A stretch of DNA of 64,000 nucleotides from Candidatus Altiarchaeales archaeon (lineage in GTDB: Archaea; Altiarchaeota; Altiarchaeia; IMC4; QMZM01), in contig JAHEXG010000002.1 in the NCBI GenBank assembly GCA_023252215.1, forward strand, positions 16,315 through 80,314, in the 5' to 3' direction. Both the position numbers and the translations under genes were made by a program. Positions 28,685 to 39,500 of this stretch are shown in pieces (position 1 is the first letter of the stretch; each line of letters begins with the position of its first letter). A model generated the notes under the pieces. That model was not told the origin of the DNA, made no database searches, and worked only from the letters and a program-made list of their open reading frames with translations.

Positions 28685-30176
28685 TGCTTTCTGTATTCTT
28701 GATTATTTTTTCAAAAGACTCATCGGATACCTTTTCGAAGCCCCTCGGAGCGCTCACGGTGTCCGGGATCACTCCAAGTTTTATTAGTCCCTCTAAGTTT
28801 ACTCTTTTTGGAAACGAGTATATATACAAAAAATTCACGATAAAGGACCTGTTTCTCGGATTGTAGTTCCAATGCTCTATGAGCTCTTCGTCGGAAAAGA
28901 CGCTCCTCTTTCGGCACAGGCTTATGAACTGCTCCTGGTCTTTTATCGCGGTATGGATGTTCTCGACAACTCCTATTGTGGTTATCACAGAAGTGTAGTA
29001 TGCCGATCGTCCGGGTTCAGCCGTACGGTAAAATATGATTACATCTCCTGCTTTGAGGTCCCTGTTAACGGATCTTGAAATGTATACCTTTGAGATGGCG
29101 TTTCTGTATGGCTCATTTTCGACAAAATCGAGGGGCGACTCCGTCTTGAGGATTGAATCGGGGAAAAGCTCGGTGTGGTACTGCGGGTATATCGGCACCA
29201 TGTATTTATTTGCCTTCCTGGAAATGAATGGATATGTGTTTTTCGAGTGTTCAAGGGACGCAGTCAAAGAGAGGTCGCGTACGTAGACATCTTCTTTTCC
29301 AGATAAAGATTCCTTTATTCCGTAATAATTGAATCCATAATCCTTTAACAACTCGATCAGTCGGGTTTGGTCCGGGAAGATCGTCACGTATATCTCGTCC
29401 ACCGAGGATTTAAGCGCGTTATCGTAGATTATTTTTATGAATCTTTCCCCGAGTTTGAACCCGCTTAAATCCACTTTGAAAGTCCCTACCTTCAGGCGCT
29501 TCTTTTTCTTGAACGGTGGAGTTATGCCTTCGTAAGGCTCGGATTCGTTCTCGACTTTAAGGTATAAGAATGCCACAATCTTTTTTCCAGCAGTACAGAC
29601 GTATGAGAGCTCCTGTGCCTTTTTGTCGAACCATTTGTCAAAGCCGACGTACGCCTTTCTGAGGCTTTCGAAAAATTCGTCCTTCAAGTCGATGTTACTG
29701 AAGTATCCTTTCTTGACGGACAATACCTTGTAGTCCACCAGACCAGGATTCTCTGAGGATACTTTCTCGATGAAGCTCTCGATGGTGAAAATTTTATCCT
29801 CTATCCCCATCTTCCGGGATTTTTCATGAAGCTTACGGTCTTCGGTTATTAGATAATCGATGCGTCCAGAGTAGACCTCATTTAATAGCAGAGTATCGTT
29901 TTTATCGTTTTCAGTAGCATCCCCTTTTGATAGGATTGATATTTCAGCACCTATCGACGCTTCGGTCGGCAAGAGGTAGTAGCTCTTTAATTTTATGGAA
30001 AATGCTTTGCATGCTTCTTCGTTCTTATTTTTGTTTATCTCCGCGATGGTTACTCTGTGCATGCATTTCTCGTATTTTAATTTGTCCAGCCATCGAAAGA
30101 GTTCTCCTATATCTTTATTACTAGGATTAATGGTTTCTCGATGAATCACTATGTTGGTGTCGAGCAGGACTTTCAT
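28662..30176 (-). CDS. Three-domain protein: N-terminal PIN nuclease, central GNAT-like acetyltransferase fold, C-terminal PUA/ASCH-like domain
   Basis: PIN acidic residues in LLDTNIV, NDTLLL, ITEDRKL. GNAT-like middle domain (KIVAFLYLKV, GFKLGERFIKI, YGF). C-terminal GDVIIFYRTAEP beta-barrel-like. GAGGT SD. AT-rich locus. Confidence 0.6.
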   Translation of the reverse strand: MKVLLDTNIVIHRETINPSNKDIGELFRWLDKLKYEKCMHRVTIAEINKNKNEEACKAFSIKLKSYYLLPTEASIGAEISILSKGDATENDKNDTLLLNEVYSGRIDYLITEDRKLHEKSRKMGIEDKIFTIESFIEKVSSENPGLVDYKVLSVKKGYFSNIDLKDEFFESLRKAYVGFDKWFDKKAQELSYVCTAGKKIVAFLYLKVENESEPYEGITPPFKKKKRLKVGTFKVDLSGFKLGERFIKIIYDNALKSSVDEIYVTIFPDQTRLIELLKDYGFNYYGIKESLSGKEDVYVRDLSLTASLEHSKNTYPFISRKANKYMVPIYPQYHTELFPDSILKTESPLDFVENEPYRNAISKVYISRSVNRDLKAGDVIIFYRTAEPGRSAYYTSVITTIGVVENIHTAIKDQEQFISLCRKRSVFSDEELIEHWNYNPRNRSFIVNFLYIYSFPKRVNLEGLIKLGVIPDTVSAPRGFEKVSDESFEKIIKNTESNENIVVD

Positions 30177-30360
30177 TTAATTTACCTCGTAATATTTTGA
30201 ATATAGTTTAGGATAAATCAGTATCGAAAATATAAATAACGAGACAGAGCATAGGAAAAGTATTACTAAGTCCTCAAGAATCACCTGGCAGACATCAGAT
30301 TATCAGTACCAAAATAATTACAGCATCGCTTAACGCCTTGCAGTTCCCCCAGACCTTAAA

Positions 30361-32373
30361 TCACCGTATCTTCGACCCCACCGGAGCCTCTTTATCGGGA
30401 ACGAGCAGTATCGCCTTCCCGTCCACGTCCGCAGCAAGCAGCATGCCCTCCGACAACACTCCCCGCAGTTCCGCGGGTTTTAGGTTCGCAACGACTACGA
30501 CGTGTTTTCCCAATAGTTCCTCTTTTTTGTAGTAATTGCGTATTCCCGCAACTATCTGCCTTAGAGCCGGTTCTCCGAGGTCGACTTTCAAAACATACAG
30601 CTTGTCAGCCTTGGGGTGCTCGACAACCTCTTTGATAACACCTATCCGTAGTTCGGTCTTCTTGAATTCTTCGTATTCCAGGCAATTTGCGTCCATTTTT
30701 TGTTCCTCCTTCTTTTCAGTGCTTAGATACTTCTTTCCAAAGGCTGCGATCTCGTCATCTTCTATCTTTTTGAATAAGGTAAAAACTTTCCCTATCCTGT
30801 GGCCTTCCCTGACTGCGAGTTCTCCCGCGTCTTCCCAGCGGCACTCTGACACTTTTCCTTCCAGGCCGAGCATCTTCCATATCTTCTCGGACGTGAACGG
30901 AAGGAACGGGTAAGACAGTATCGCAAGAGTCCTGCACAGGTTCGCACACAGGTACAAAGTGGTCGCGTTCTCGTTCTTCCAGGGCTCCTTTTTCTGGAAA
31001 TACTCGTTCCCGCAGTGAGCGATTGCCATCAATTCCTTGAGCGCGTCCAAAAACTTAAAGTGCGCCAGGTGTTTGCCCACCTTCTCAGGCGACTCCCTTA
31101 TGAGCTCCTGCATCTTCTCATCGAGCGCGTCAAACGCCGTCACCTTTGGAACGACAGAGCCGCTGCGCTCCAGGAAAGACATGCTGCGGTTCACAAAATT
31201 GCCGTATGTGCCGATCAGTTCGCTGTTGGTCTTTCCCTGGAAGTCTTTGAGCGAGAAATCCGCGTCCTTCTTTTCAGGGTTTATGCTAAGCAGATAATAG
31301 CGGATAACGTCGGTATCGTACGCTGTAAGCGCGTCATGCAGCCAGAGGACCCAGTTCCTGCTGGTGGACATCTTCTTCCCCTCCAAGGTCAGGTACTCGT
31401 TGCTGGAAACCTGCCAGGGTAACGTGTACTGGCCGTGGGCCATGAGCATCGCGGGCCAGATTATGGCATGGAACGGGATATTGTCTTTGCCAAGGAAGTG
31501 GACTATCTTTGTGTCCGGCATCTGCCAGTACTTCTTCCATTCACCGGGTTTCCCGATTTTTTGGGCCCACTCCTTTGTCGCAGAGATATAACCAATAGGC
31601 GCATCGAACCAGACGTATAAGACCTTCCCCTTCGCGCCTTCGATCGGCACTGGAACGCCCCAGGAGAGGTCTCTTGTAATAGCCCGGTCCTCGAGGCCCT
31701 CCTTTATCCAGCCCAGAGAGAAGTTCCTCGCGTTGTCGGGCCAATGCCGGTTCTCTTCTATCCAGCCGTGCAATTTCGCGGAGAACTCGGAGAGCTTGAA
31801 GAACCAGTGCTCGGTCGCCTTCATGACAGGCGGATTGCGACAGGTAACGCAGTAGGAATCCTTTAATTCATGAGGCTCCAATTGCTTTCCGCAGGCCTCG
31901 CACTGATCGCCCCGCTCATCCTTGCTCCCGCAGTGCGGACAGGTGCCTCGCACGTAGCGGTCAGGCAGAAAACGCTTACAGCTATTGCAATAGGGGCGCT
32001 CTACGACTTTCTTGTATATGTAGCCCTTTTCGAGTATGTCTTTGAAGAACTGCTGAGAGAGCTCATAATGAATGGGTCTCGTGGTCCGGGAAAAATTGTC
32101 AAAGCTTATGCCAAGATCCACAAAGGATTTTTTGATAGCCTCATGATACCGATCGACTATGACCTGGGGAGAAACACCCTCCTTTTCCGCGGCGACCGCT
32201 ATGGGCGTCCCATGCTCGTCCGTGCCCCCGACGAATACGACGTCGTTTCCCTTCATGCGATTAAAACGAACGTACACGTCCGCAGGAATGTAGGCGCCGA
32301 TAGCGTGCCCGACGTGAAGCGGCCCGTTCGCGTAGGGGAGGGCTGCGGTTACGAGGATCTTTTCCTTGACCAT
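30361..32373 (-). CDS. metG: Methionyl-tRNA synthetase
   Basis: HIGH motif (PYANGPLHVGHA), KMSKS motif (KMSTSRN), zinc knuckles, C-terminal tRNA-binding domain. Confidence 0.9.
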   Translation of the reverse strand: MVKEKILVTAALPYANGPLHVGHAIGAYIPADVYVRFNRMKGNDVVFVGGTDEHGTPIAVAAEKEGVSPQVIVDRYHEAIKKSFVDLGISFDNFSRTTRPIHYELSQQFFKDILEKGYIYKKVVERPYCNSCKRFLPDRYVRGTCPHCGSKDERGDQCEACGKQLEPHELKDSYCVTCRNPPVMKATEHWFFKLSEFSAKLHGWIEENRHWPDNARNFSLGWIKEGLEDRAITRDLSWGVPVPIEGAKGKVLYVWFDAPIGYISATKEWAQKIGKPGEWKKYWQMPDTKIVHFLGKDNIPFHAIIWPAMLMAHGQYTLPWQVSSNEYLTLEGKKMSTSRNWVLWLHDALTAYDTDVIRYYLLSINPEKKDADFSLKDFQGKTNSELIGTYGNFVNRSMSFLERSGSVVPKVTAFDALDEKMQELIRESPEKVGKHLAHFKFLDALKELMAIAHCGNEYFQKKEPWKNENATTLYLCANLCRTLAILSYPFLPFTSEKIWKMLGLEGKVSECRWEDAGELAVREGHRIGKVFTLFKKIEDDEIAAFGKKYLSTEKKEEQKMDANCLEYEEFKKTELRIGVIKEVVEHPKADKLYVLKVDLGEPALRQIVAGIRNYYKKEELLGKHVVVVANLKPAELRGVLSEGMLLAADVDGKAILLVPDKEAPVGSKIR

Positions 32374-32441
32374 AAGGTATTAATTGGATTTAGAAAGAGA
32401 AAAAAGAGGCATATACCAAAAAAATATGTATAGAGGAATAT

Positions 32442-32666
32442 TTATCCTGTCTCCACCGTTTTTATCTCCGGCACTTCTTTTTTGATCATCGCTTCCACGT
32501 AGTTCTTCAGGGTCATCTGGGCCATTGGGCAGCCGGCGCATGCGCCCTGGAGCCGTACTTTGGCTACGTCTCCTTTTACGTCCAATAACTGTATGTCTCC
32601 TCCGTCCTGCTGCAGGGCCGGGCGGACTTTTTCAATAACCTTTGCGACTTTCTCTTTTGTGTCCAT
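32442..32666 (-). CDS. NifU-like C-terminal domain protein (Fe-S cluster scaffold/carrier-like)
   Basis: 74 aa with CAGCPMAQMTL, typical of the NifU C-terminal domain. Confidence 0.7.
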   Translation of the reverse strand: MDTKEKVAKVIEKVRPALQQDGGDIQLLDVKGDVAKVRLQGACAGCPMAQMTLKNYVEAMIKKEVPEIKTVETG

Positions 32667-32676
32667 TTTTGAGGGC

Positions 32677-33528
32677 TCACTGTTTTAATTCGACGTTCTT
32701 GTTGTCGCGGGCTACCACGTTGTCATTGTATAGTACTTCCGCAGAGATAACGTAAGTTCCTTCCGCGACTCCTGCGCATTTGTTGCAGGGAGGGCTTGGA
32801 TAATTGAAGGATACGTCGTTCGACCCTGCGTTTAGGACGACTGCCTGCGTCTGGTTAAGCCGGTAGCGGCCTGCGTATATGCCGTAGACGTTCACGTTTA
32901 CGTCCAGTCTTTTCTGGCTGCTTATCTTCACGGTTATTTCCATCTGTTCCCCGGAGTGATACAGCGGCTTATTCAATGTGATCGCAGCCTTCACTTCCCC
33001 GTAGCGGGGGGTCTTTATCTTTGCAACCCCTGAATCGTTCTCCTGCGTGCAGGCTCCATCAAAGCATACATAGCCAGAGGGGCAGTCGATAGTCTTGTTC
33101 TTGAGGAGGAGGTTGCAGTCGATGACTTCACAGGTGTACTCCAGGACCGCGGTTCCATTTACGCATGCCTCGTTCTTCTCGCCCCAGTTGTAGTGCGCGG
33201 GATCCGATACATCCGTCAGGTAGAGGTTCAATCTGCCGGATACTGTGCCTTTTTTGTAGGGGTCTAGTCCGTCGGAGTCAAGGCACTGTTGCATTGTGGG
33301 GATAGTGCATTGACGGGAGGTAGTTGTCGTTTGCGTGACCAGGACCTGCTGAGTAGTTGTCGTGATCGAGGCAGGAACGCTTGTAGAAACCCCTATTGTC
33401 GAGGTTTGAATGGTCGATTCAGCGACCGTTACAGTAGTTACCGGGGACTGCTCCTGCTGCTGTACGCAACCAGGCAATAAAGTCGCGGCTAAAATAAGAA
33501 CTAAAAAAAATGTTTTTCCCGCATCCAT
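32677..33528 (-). CDS. Secreted/lipoprotein-like protein with Thr-rich linker and Cys-rich domain
   Basis: Signal peptide with LLPGC, TTTTQQVLVTQTTTT linker, multiple Cys pairs. Confidence 0.6.
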   Translation of the reverse strand: MDAGKTFFLVLILAATLLPGCVQQQEQSPVTTVTVAESTIQTSTIGVSTSVPASITTTTQQVLVTQTTTTSRQCTIPTMQQCLDSDGLDPYKKGTVSGRLNLYLTDVSDPAHYNWGEKNEACVNGTAVLEYTCEVIDCNLLLKNKTIDCPSGYVCFDGACTQENDSGVAKIKTPRYGEVKAAITLNKPLYHSGEQMEITVKISSQKRLDVNVNVYGIYAGRYRLNQTQAVVLNAGSNDVSFNYPSPPCNKCAGVAEGTYVISAEVLYNDNVVARDNKNVELKQ

Positions 33529-33563
33529 CGATAAAGAATCGGATTACGGGATTAAATAAAGCC

Positions 33564-36500
33564 TTAGACATTCATGGTCACAGTTCTGGTCTCCGTTGTT
33601 CCAGATCCTCCCGCAGTCTTGTTCGCTGAGAAATAATAGCTGGATTTGCCGTTCTCAAGCCCTGTCAGATTCCCGTAGAACCGCCATTCTGTGGAACTGT
33701 ATTTCTGCAGCTCCGACTGGTAGAACATGGATATTTCCTTCTGGGAGAGAGCCCTGTTGTATATCCTCACCTCATCTATCAAGCCTTTAAAGTTCCTTCC
33801 TGATATGCCTGAGCCTATTTTAACAGTGCTGCAGGGAGTAATGCTTGAGAACGCGGTTGTTGCATAGCCCGCTACGGATCCGTCCTGATAGAGCGTGAGG
33901 TTCCCGGACTTCGCAGTTATAGCTATGTGCCTCCATACTCCTGTCGGCGTCTGCGCGATTATAGGCAGGTTTATCCCTCCGCTGCTTGTGAATACTGCCA
34001 TGTTACCAATCGCATTAAGCTGCATGTGGACCATACAGCTGTCAGGGGTTCCGACTATAGACTGGAATGTTCCGGTGGTCGCATTCACGTTCACCCAGGC
34101 GATCACCGTGAGCTCGGCTGCGCCGCCCAGCGTACCGTTGACATCGACCTGATCATCCACACCATCGAAGAACATAGCTCCGTTATATTTACCGGATCTT
34201 GACCAGACGGCACCGGATATGTTGCCAACGTGTCCCTTCGAGGAGACGTCCCCAACCTTTGTCGCGCTGTCGCCTGCGGCCGATATGTTGTTGAAGTTAT
34301 AGGCCAATGCAAGAGAGCCATCAAGCACCCTATACGTAGTCCCGTTCCAGTACAGGGAGAGTCCGGATATTGCTGCAGTATTTGACACGTTTACTTGAGC
34401 AAAGCTGCGGTTTATCGTCGCACCATTAGTCTCAGTCGGTGTCTTGAAAGATAACAAGGCAAGAGTAGTTGTTGTCGTGGTCGTCGTGGTAACAAGTGTT
34501 CCGACGTTATTCTGTTCGGCGCCGAATACCGTCTGAGGTTCTGGGAAAACATATTCGGCTACGTAGAGGTCATCCCACCGATTATTGTCAACCGATGCCT
34601 CTGAGCCGCCGGTCTTACCGAGAGACACAAATCCGCTCTTGTAGGGCCATGCAAAGGTATTCCTCTTGGTTCCGTTGAAATACAGGCTCATGTTAGTCCC
34701 GTCGAAACGGAAGCCTTCCATGAACCAGCGGTCCTGCACCGGAACATACTGTCCAAAGCTTGCGGACCCATTGAATCCGGAATAATAACCAATATTGTTA
34801 TTCGGATCACCATGGTGGAAGAACGCAGCATCCAGCGGCCAGACCTGATTTGGAGCAACTCTCCAAAGACCAGTCTGCGCAGTCTCCCCGCCAGTATTAT
34901 CCTCCGCATTCCAGGACTTCACTCCCACAAGATAAGGCTTAGAAATGTTCAAGCCTATTGGAGCCTTTGAAAGATTCAGATAGACATAAGCGTAGCCGTT
35001 CATGCAAGTCTGATAGCCGCTCTCCCCACACTCAGGAGTCTCCAAATAGCCGTTGGCCTCATTGATAGACGCCTCGCTCTGAAGCTTTGTCCAAGCGGAA
35101 TTGACTACACCATCATTAAAGTCATCGAAGAAAAGGAATGTCTTGCTGCCATTGCTCTGAGATACGGCAGAAGCATTGCCGTAGAACAACCAAAGCTGAG
35201 TCCCGTTTTTAGTATTCAAAGAGTCGGCTTTAATCCAAACCTCTGCCCACGAACCGTTATTTACATTCTCTACCCAGTAAGGCAGTGCAGTCGATCCGTT
35301 GCGATTCACGAACCTTAGATCAGAGAAGTCCGGCTTCATGTCACTGTCGTATGTGACTTTAAAGAAAAGACCGAGGTTGGTTGCGTTTTTTGCCACGCTG
35401 ATGTTCACAGGAACGCGCTTGGCAAAGCCGGGGAGGACGGAAGCTGACTGAGTCGTGGTGGTTGTTGTAGTTGTAGTGGTCGTGGTAGTTCTTGTAGTGG
35501 AAGTAGTTGTTGTGGTAGTAGTTGTAGTGGTTGTCATTGTAGTGGTCGTGGTAGTCATTGTAGTGGTCGTGGTAGTCATTGTAGTGGTCGTGGTAGTCAT
35601 TGTAGTGGTCGTGGTAGTCATTGTAGTGGTCGTGGTAGTCGTCGTAGTGGTCGTACCAACGCGAACCGTCCGTACTCCATTGTCTGTCTGCGCCTTGTTC
35701 CCGGCAGAATCATTCGCCCACGCGTAATAAGTATACGTCCCAACGCCCAGATTCGACAGGTTACAATAGAACCGATACTCAGTCGAATTATACTTCTGCA
35801 CCTCAGACTGATAATGAAACCACACCTCCTGCGCAGAAAGCTTGCGACGGTATATGCGCAGTTCGTCTATGCTGCCATTCATGGTCCCTCCGTCAACCCG
35901 CGAACCGACTGTAAGAGCTGCGGCGCTCTTTATGCCGTTACTCCCCAGGTTGTCCGCGTCCACTTCGGTCGCGACGCTCACGCCATTGAAATACATCTGC
36001 GGGCTGCCATCCCCACCGTAGGCAATCGCTACATGATACCAAGTATTCAGCGGAATCGTGCTAACAGACCTCTTAGACATCCTCGAGGTGAACCAGTTAT
36101 TGATCAGCTCCAGATAAATCTTGCCGTCGGCGAAGATCTCCACGCCGTAACCCATATATGGATCGGAATTCATCTTTGCCACTATCGGAGAATGCGCCGT
36201 CGTCCTCCTGTAGACCCAGGCCTCGAAAGAGAACGAATCAGTCCGGTCAAAACTCGTGCTATCCGACGTAGGAACAGTCACAACGTCATTGTATCCGTCA
36301 AAGGATACTGCTTTGCCGTACTTTCCTCCGACGAACGCAGGACACTTGCCGCCCGCCAGGTCGCACGATCCATTGTTCTTGTACTTTGAAGCGTCCACGA
36401 AACGAATCGAGGATTCGCCGAGGGCAGTGTTGTTGTTGAAGCCCTGCGCAAGCACCAGATCCTTGTCGTATACACTGTAATTGACACCATTCCAGTTGAA

Positions 36501-39500
36501 CCACATTGAGTCCAAAACATTGCCTGAACCAGGAGACACGCTCACGTTAAAGACGGCTCCGTTCGGACTGACCTGACTGTTATTGACAGGGGTCGGAGAG
36601 CGGAAAACGACACCGATCAATGTGGTCGCCAGAGTCGTCGAGGTAGTCGTCGTGGTAGACGTTGTAGTGGTCGTACCAACGCGAACCGTCCGTACTCCAT
36701 TGTCTGTCTGCGCCTTGTTCCCGGCAGAATCATTCGCCCACGCGTAATAAGTATACGTCCCAACGCCCAGATTCGACAGGTTACAATAGAACCGATACTC
36801 AGTCGAATTATACTTCTGCACCTCAGACTGATAATGAAACCACACCTCCTGCGCAGAAAGCTTGCGTCTATAGACCCGGACCTCGTCGATCGAACCGTTT
36901 ATAGTCCCCCCGTCGACCCTCGAACCTATGGTGAAAGGAGCGGAACTCTTGATGCTGCTAGACCCCAGCGTATCGAAAACTGTGTCCACACCCACGCTTA
37001 CGCCGTTGAAATACATCTGCGGGCTGCCATCGCCGCCATACGTAACAGCGACGTGATACCACGTATTCACCGGGATTATAGCAGCAGACCTCTTGATCAA
37101 GCGGGTTCTGAACCAATTATAGATCAGCTCAAAAGACAGCCGATCAGAATTGATCTCAAAACCGTAGCCCGTATAAGGATCAGAGGACATCTTTGCAAGG
37201 ATAGGAACAGACAAAGACGACCTGCGATAGACCCATGCCTCGAAAGAGAACGAATCGGTCCGCTCAAAATTCAGGCTCTCAGAATTCGGGACAGTCACAA
37301 CATCGTTTGAGCCGTCAAAAGACAGGGCGGAGCCGAACCTTCCGGAAACGTATGATGGGCATTTCCCCCCTGCAAGGTCGCATGAACCATTATTCCCCTG
37401 CCCGGAAACATCGACAAATAGAGTTGACGACTCGCCGATGCGAGTATTTCCATTAAAGGACTGACCAAGAACAAGATCCTTGTCATAAATGCTGTAGTTG
37501 ACCCCGTTCCAGTTGAACCTCAGGGAGTCAAGGGTCCTGCCCGAACCCGTGGACAGGCTCACATTAAGGACGGCTCCGTTCGGACCCACAAGGCTGTTGT
37601 TGGAAGGAGTGGGGGAACGAAAAGAGACACTGATCAAGGTGGCTGGCAGGGTCGTCGTGGTTGTAGTTGTTGTGCATGAAGTTCGACAAATACCATCACT
37701 GCACATAATCCCGTTTGTTCCACAGGCTTGCCAAGCACCCCATTTACCGATGTCGCAGGAGCAATAACGCACTTGCATCCCAGGACAACCATTAGCCGCG
37801 ATGCAGTTTTTTGTGTCCATTCCTCTCGCATCCGGCCAGCAGTAGGAACATTCTGCGCCGATCACCGTCACAATACCATCAGATTCTGTAATCGCCGCTT
37901 CATTTCCATATTCAAAATTTATTTCAGAATCCGTCAAGTCCAAAATAACGTTCCCTGGAGAAATCGCCATAAAAGTTACAACCGACAGAGCGGTTCCTGC
38001 ACTAGCCTTAGGCTCAAGGCATGCAAAATCGATCCCAACGACACCTGGCTTATTTGCAGAGACGTTGTAGCGCGAGCTGCAAGATGAGAGATAATCGCCT
38101 GACGAAACGCCAGTAACATTCAGTACTGATGAATTGTAATATAATCTGAAACTATATCCATAGATACCATCAAGAGGCGTCGATGCGATCTGCACCGTAA
38201 AGATATCATTTACTTTGACTTGACTAGCAGATGGAACTGCGCTTATAGTCGCTGAAGGGCCCTCAAAAGACTTGAGACCCAGTTTAGTGGTCTTAGCTTG
38301 ATTCGTGGCACTTGAAACGCTTTTCCCGGTTCCGTAGCTTGTAGAAAGAGTGAGCAGATCACCGTAATTCACGTATCCATTCTCATCAAAGTCGGAACGG
38401 ATATCATAGTTCTGCTGGCCTTTATTTGAACCGTATGCCGTAGCAAGAATCAATAGATCGGAGTAATCCACCTTATTATCTCGATTAGCATCTCCTGCGA
38501 GGCCGCCGATTGGATCGCAAACATCGCCTATGTAATTGTGATTATAGTCCATCTGGCCAGGATTACGGTCAAAGGGACAATTATCGTTTTTATCGAATAC
38601 GCCATCGTTGTCGTCGTCGCAGTCATAATAATCGGCATTTCCATCGCCATCGCTATCCCTTTTGGCTGAAAGGCGGAATTCTCCAGAACCAGAATCCATA
38701 TCAACTTCTATGTAATACGTCCCCGAATTGCTGATAACGCAACTCTCAGTTTCTGAACCAATAGTCCTACTTGTACAGAAAGGCTCGCTACCACAGGCAC
38801 TCGAAACATAGAGATCATAATCTGCACTAGAAGACATGCTCAGGTAAACAACGCCGGGAGAACTAAAACTCACCTTATAAAAACCACGCCATAGGTAATT
38901 TAAATCAGGGGTGTAAGTAGCTTTAACGACGCTATCCGGAGAAATCACTGGCGCGTTTGCGCAATAATAGTCGCCGGCATTTGAGACTGCAGCAGACTCG
39001 GGACAGCCGCTATTGCATTCTGGACCGTATGTTGAAAGGCAAGTATCTCTGCAATCTTTGACTCCATCTCCATCAGAGTCGTACAGACAACTGGGAGTAC
39101 TTAGTATATCCACGACGACGACTGAATATATTTTCGTCGGAATGTCTACGGAGATATAGTCGCCATCGGATTTTGGGATTCCTACAGAATCGCATCGCCG
39201 CCAGAGATTGGTTTTGGTTGTCAAATCAGTCTCTATGTTTTTGCCATCGTAAAGGTCTCCGCTAAGCAGTTTTATCTCTATGTGGTTCGTTTGTGTGTTT
39301 GCGGGGAGTTTGAGTAAAACAGGAGCATAATAAAAACGTGTCAGAGCTTTGCCGCCGTTTTTCTCCTGTACGGCATGAATGACATACCTCTTACCAGTAG
39401 GGCGTAATGGGCTGCTATAGGTTAACACGCCAGTTATGGCCAGATCATAATTAATCCCCGGGTCGGGTATGATTCCATCAGTAGAGGGATAAATCGTGGG

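Noticed and set aside
35531-35640. Possible CRISPR-like short direct repeats
   Set aside because: Repeats are 21 bp, head-to-tail, with no spacers. They are in-frame and coding for a Thr linker, so this is a tandem repeat, not CRISPR. No CRISPR array was found anywhere in the window.
35455-35727. 90-aa poly-Val ORF on the plus strand
   Set aside because: Antisense translation of the poly-Thr micro-repeat inside the giant minus-strand gene. Low complexity and spurious.
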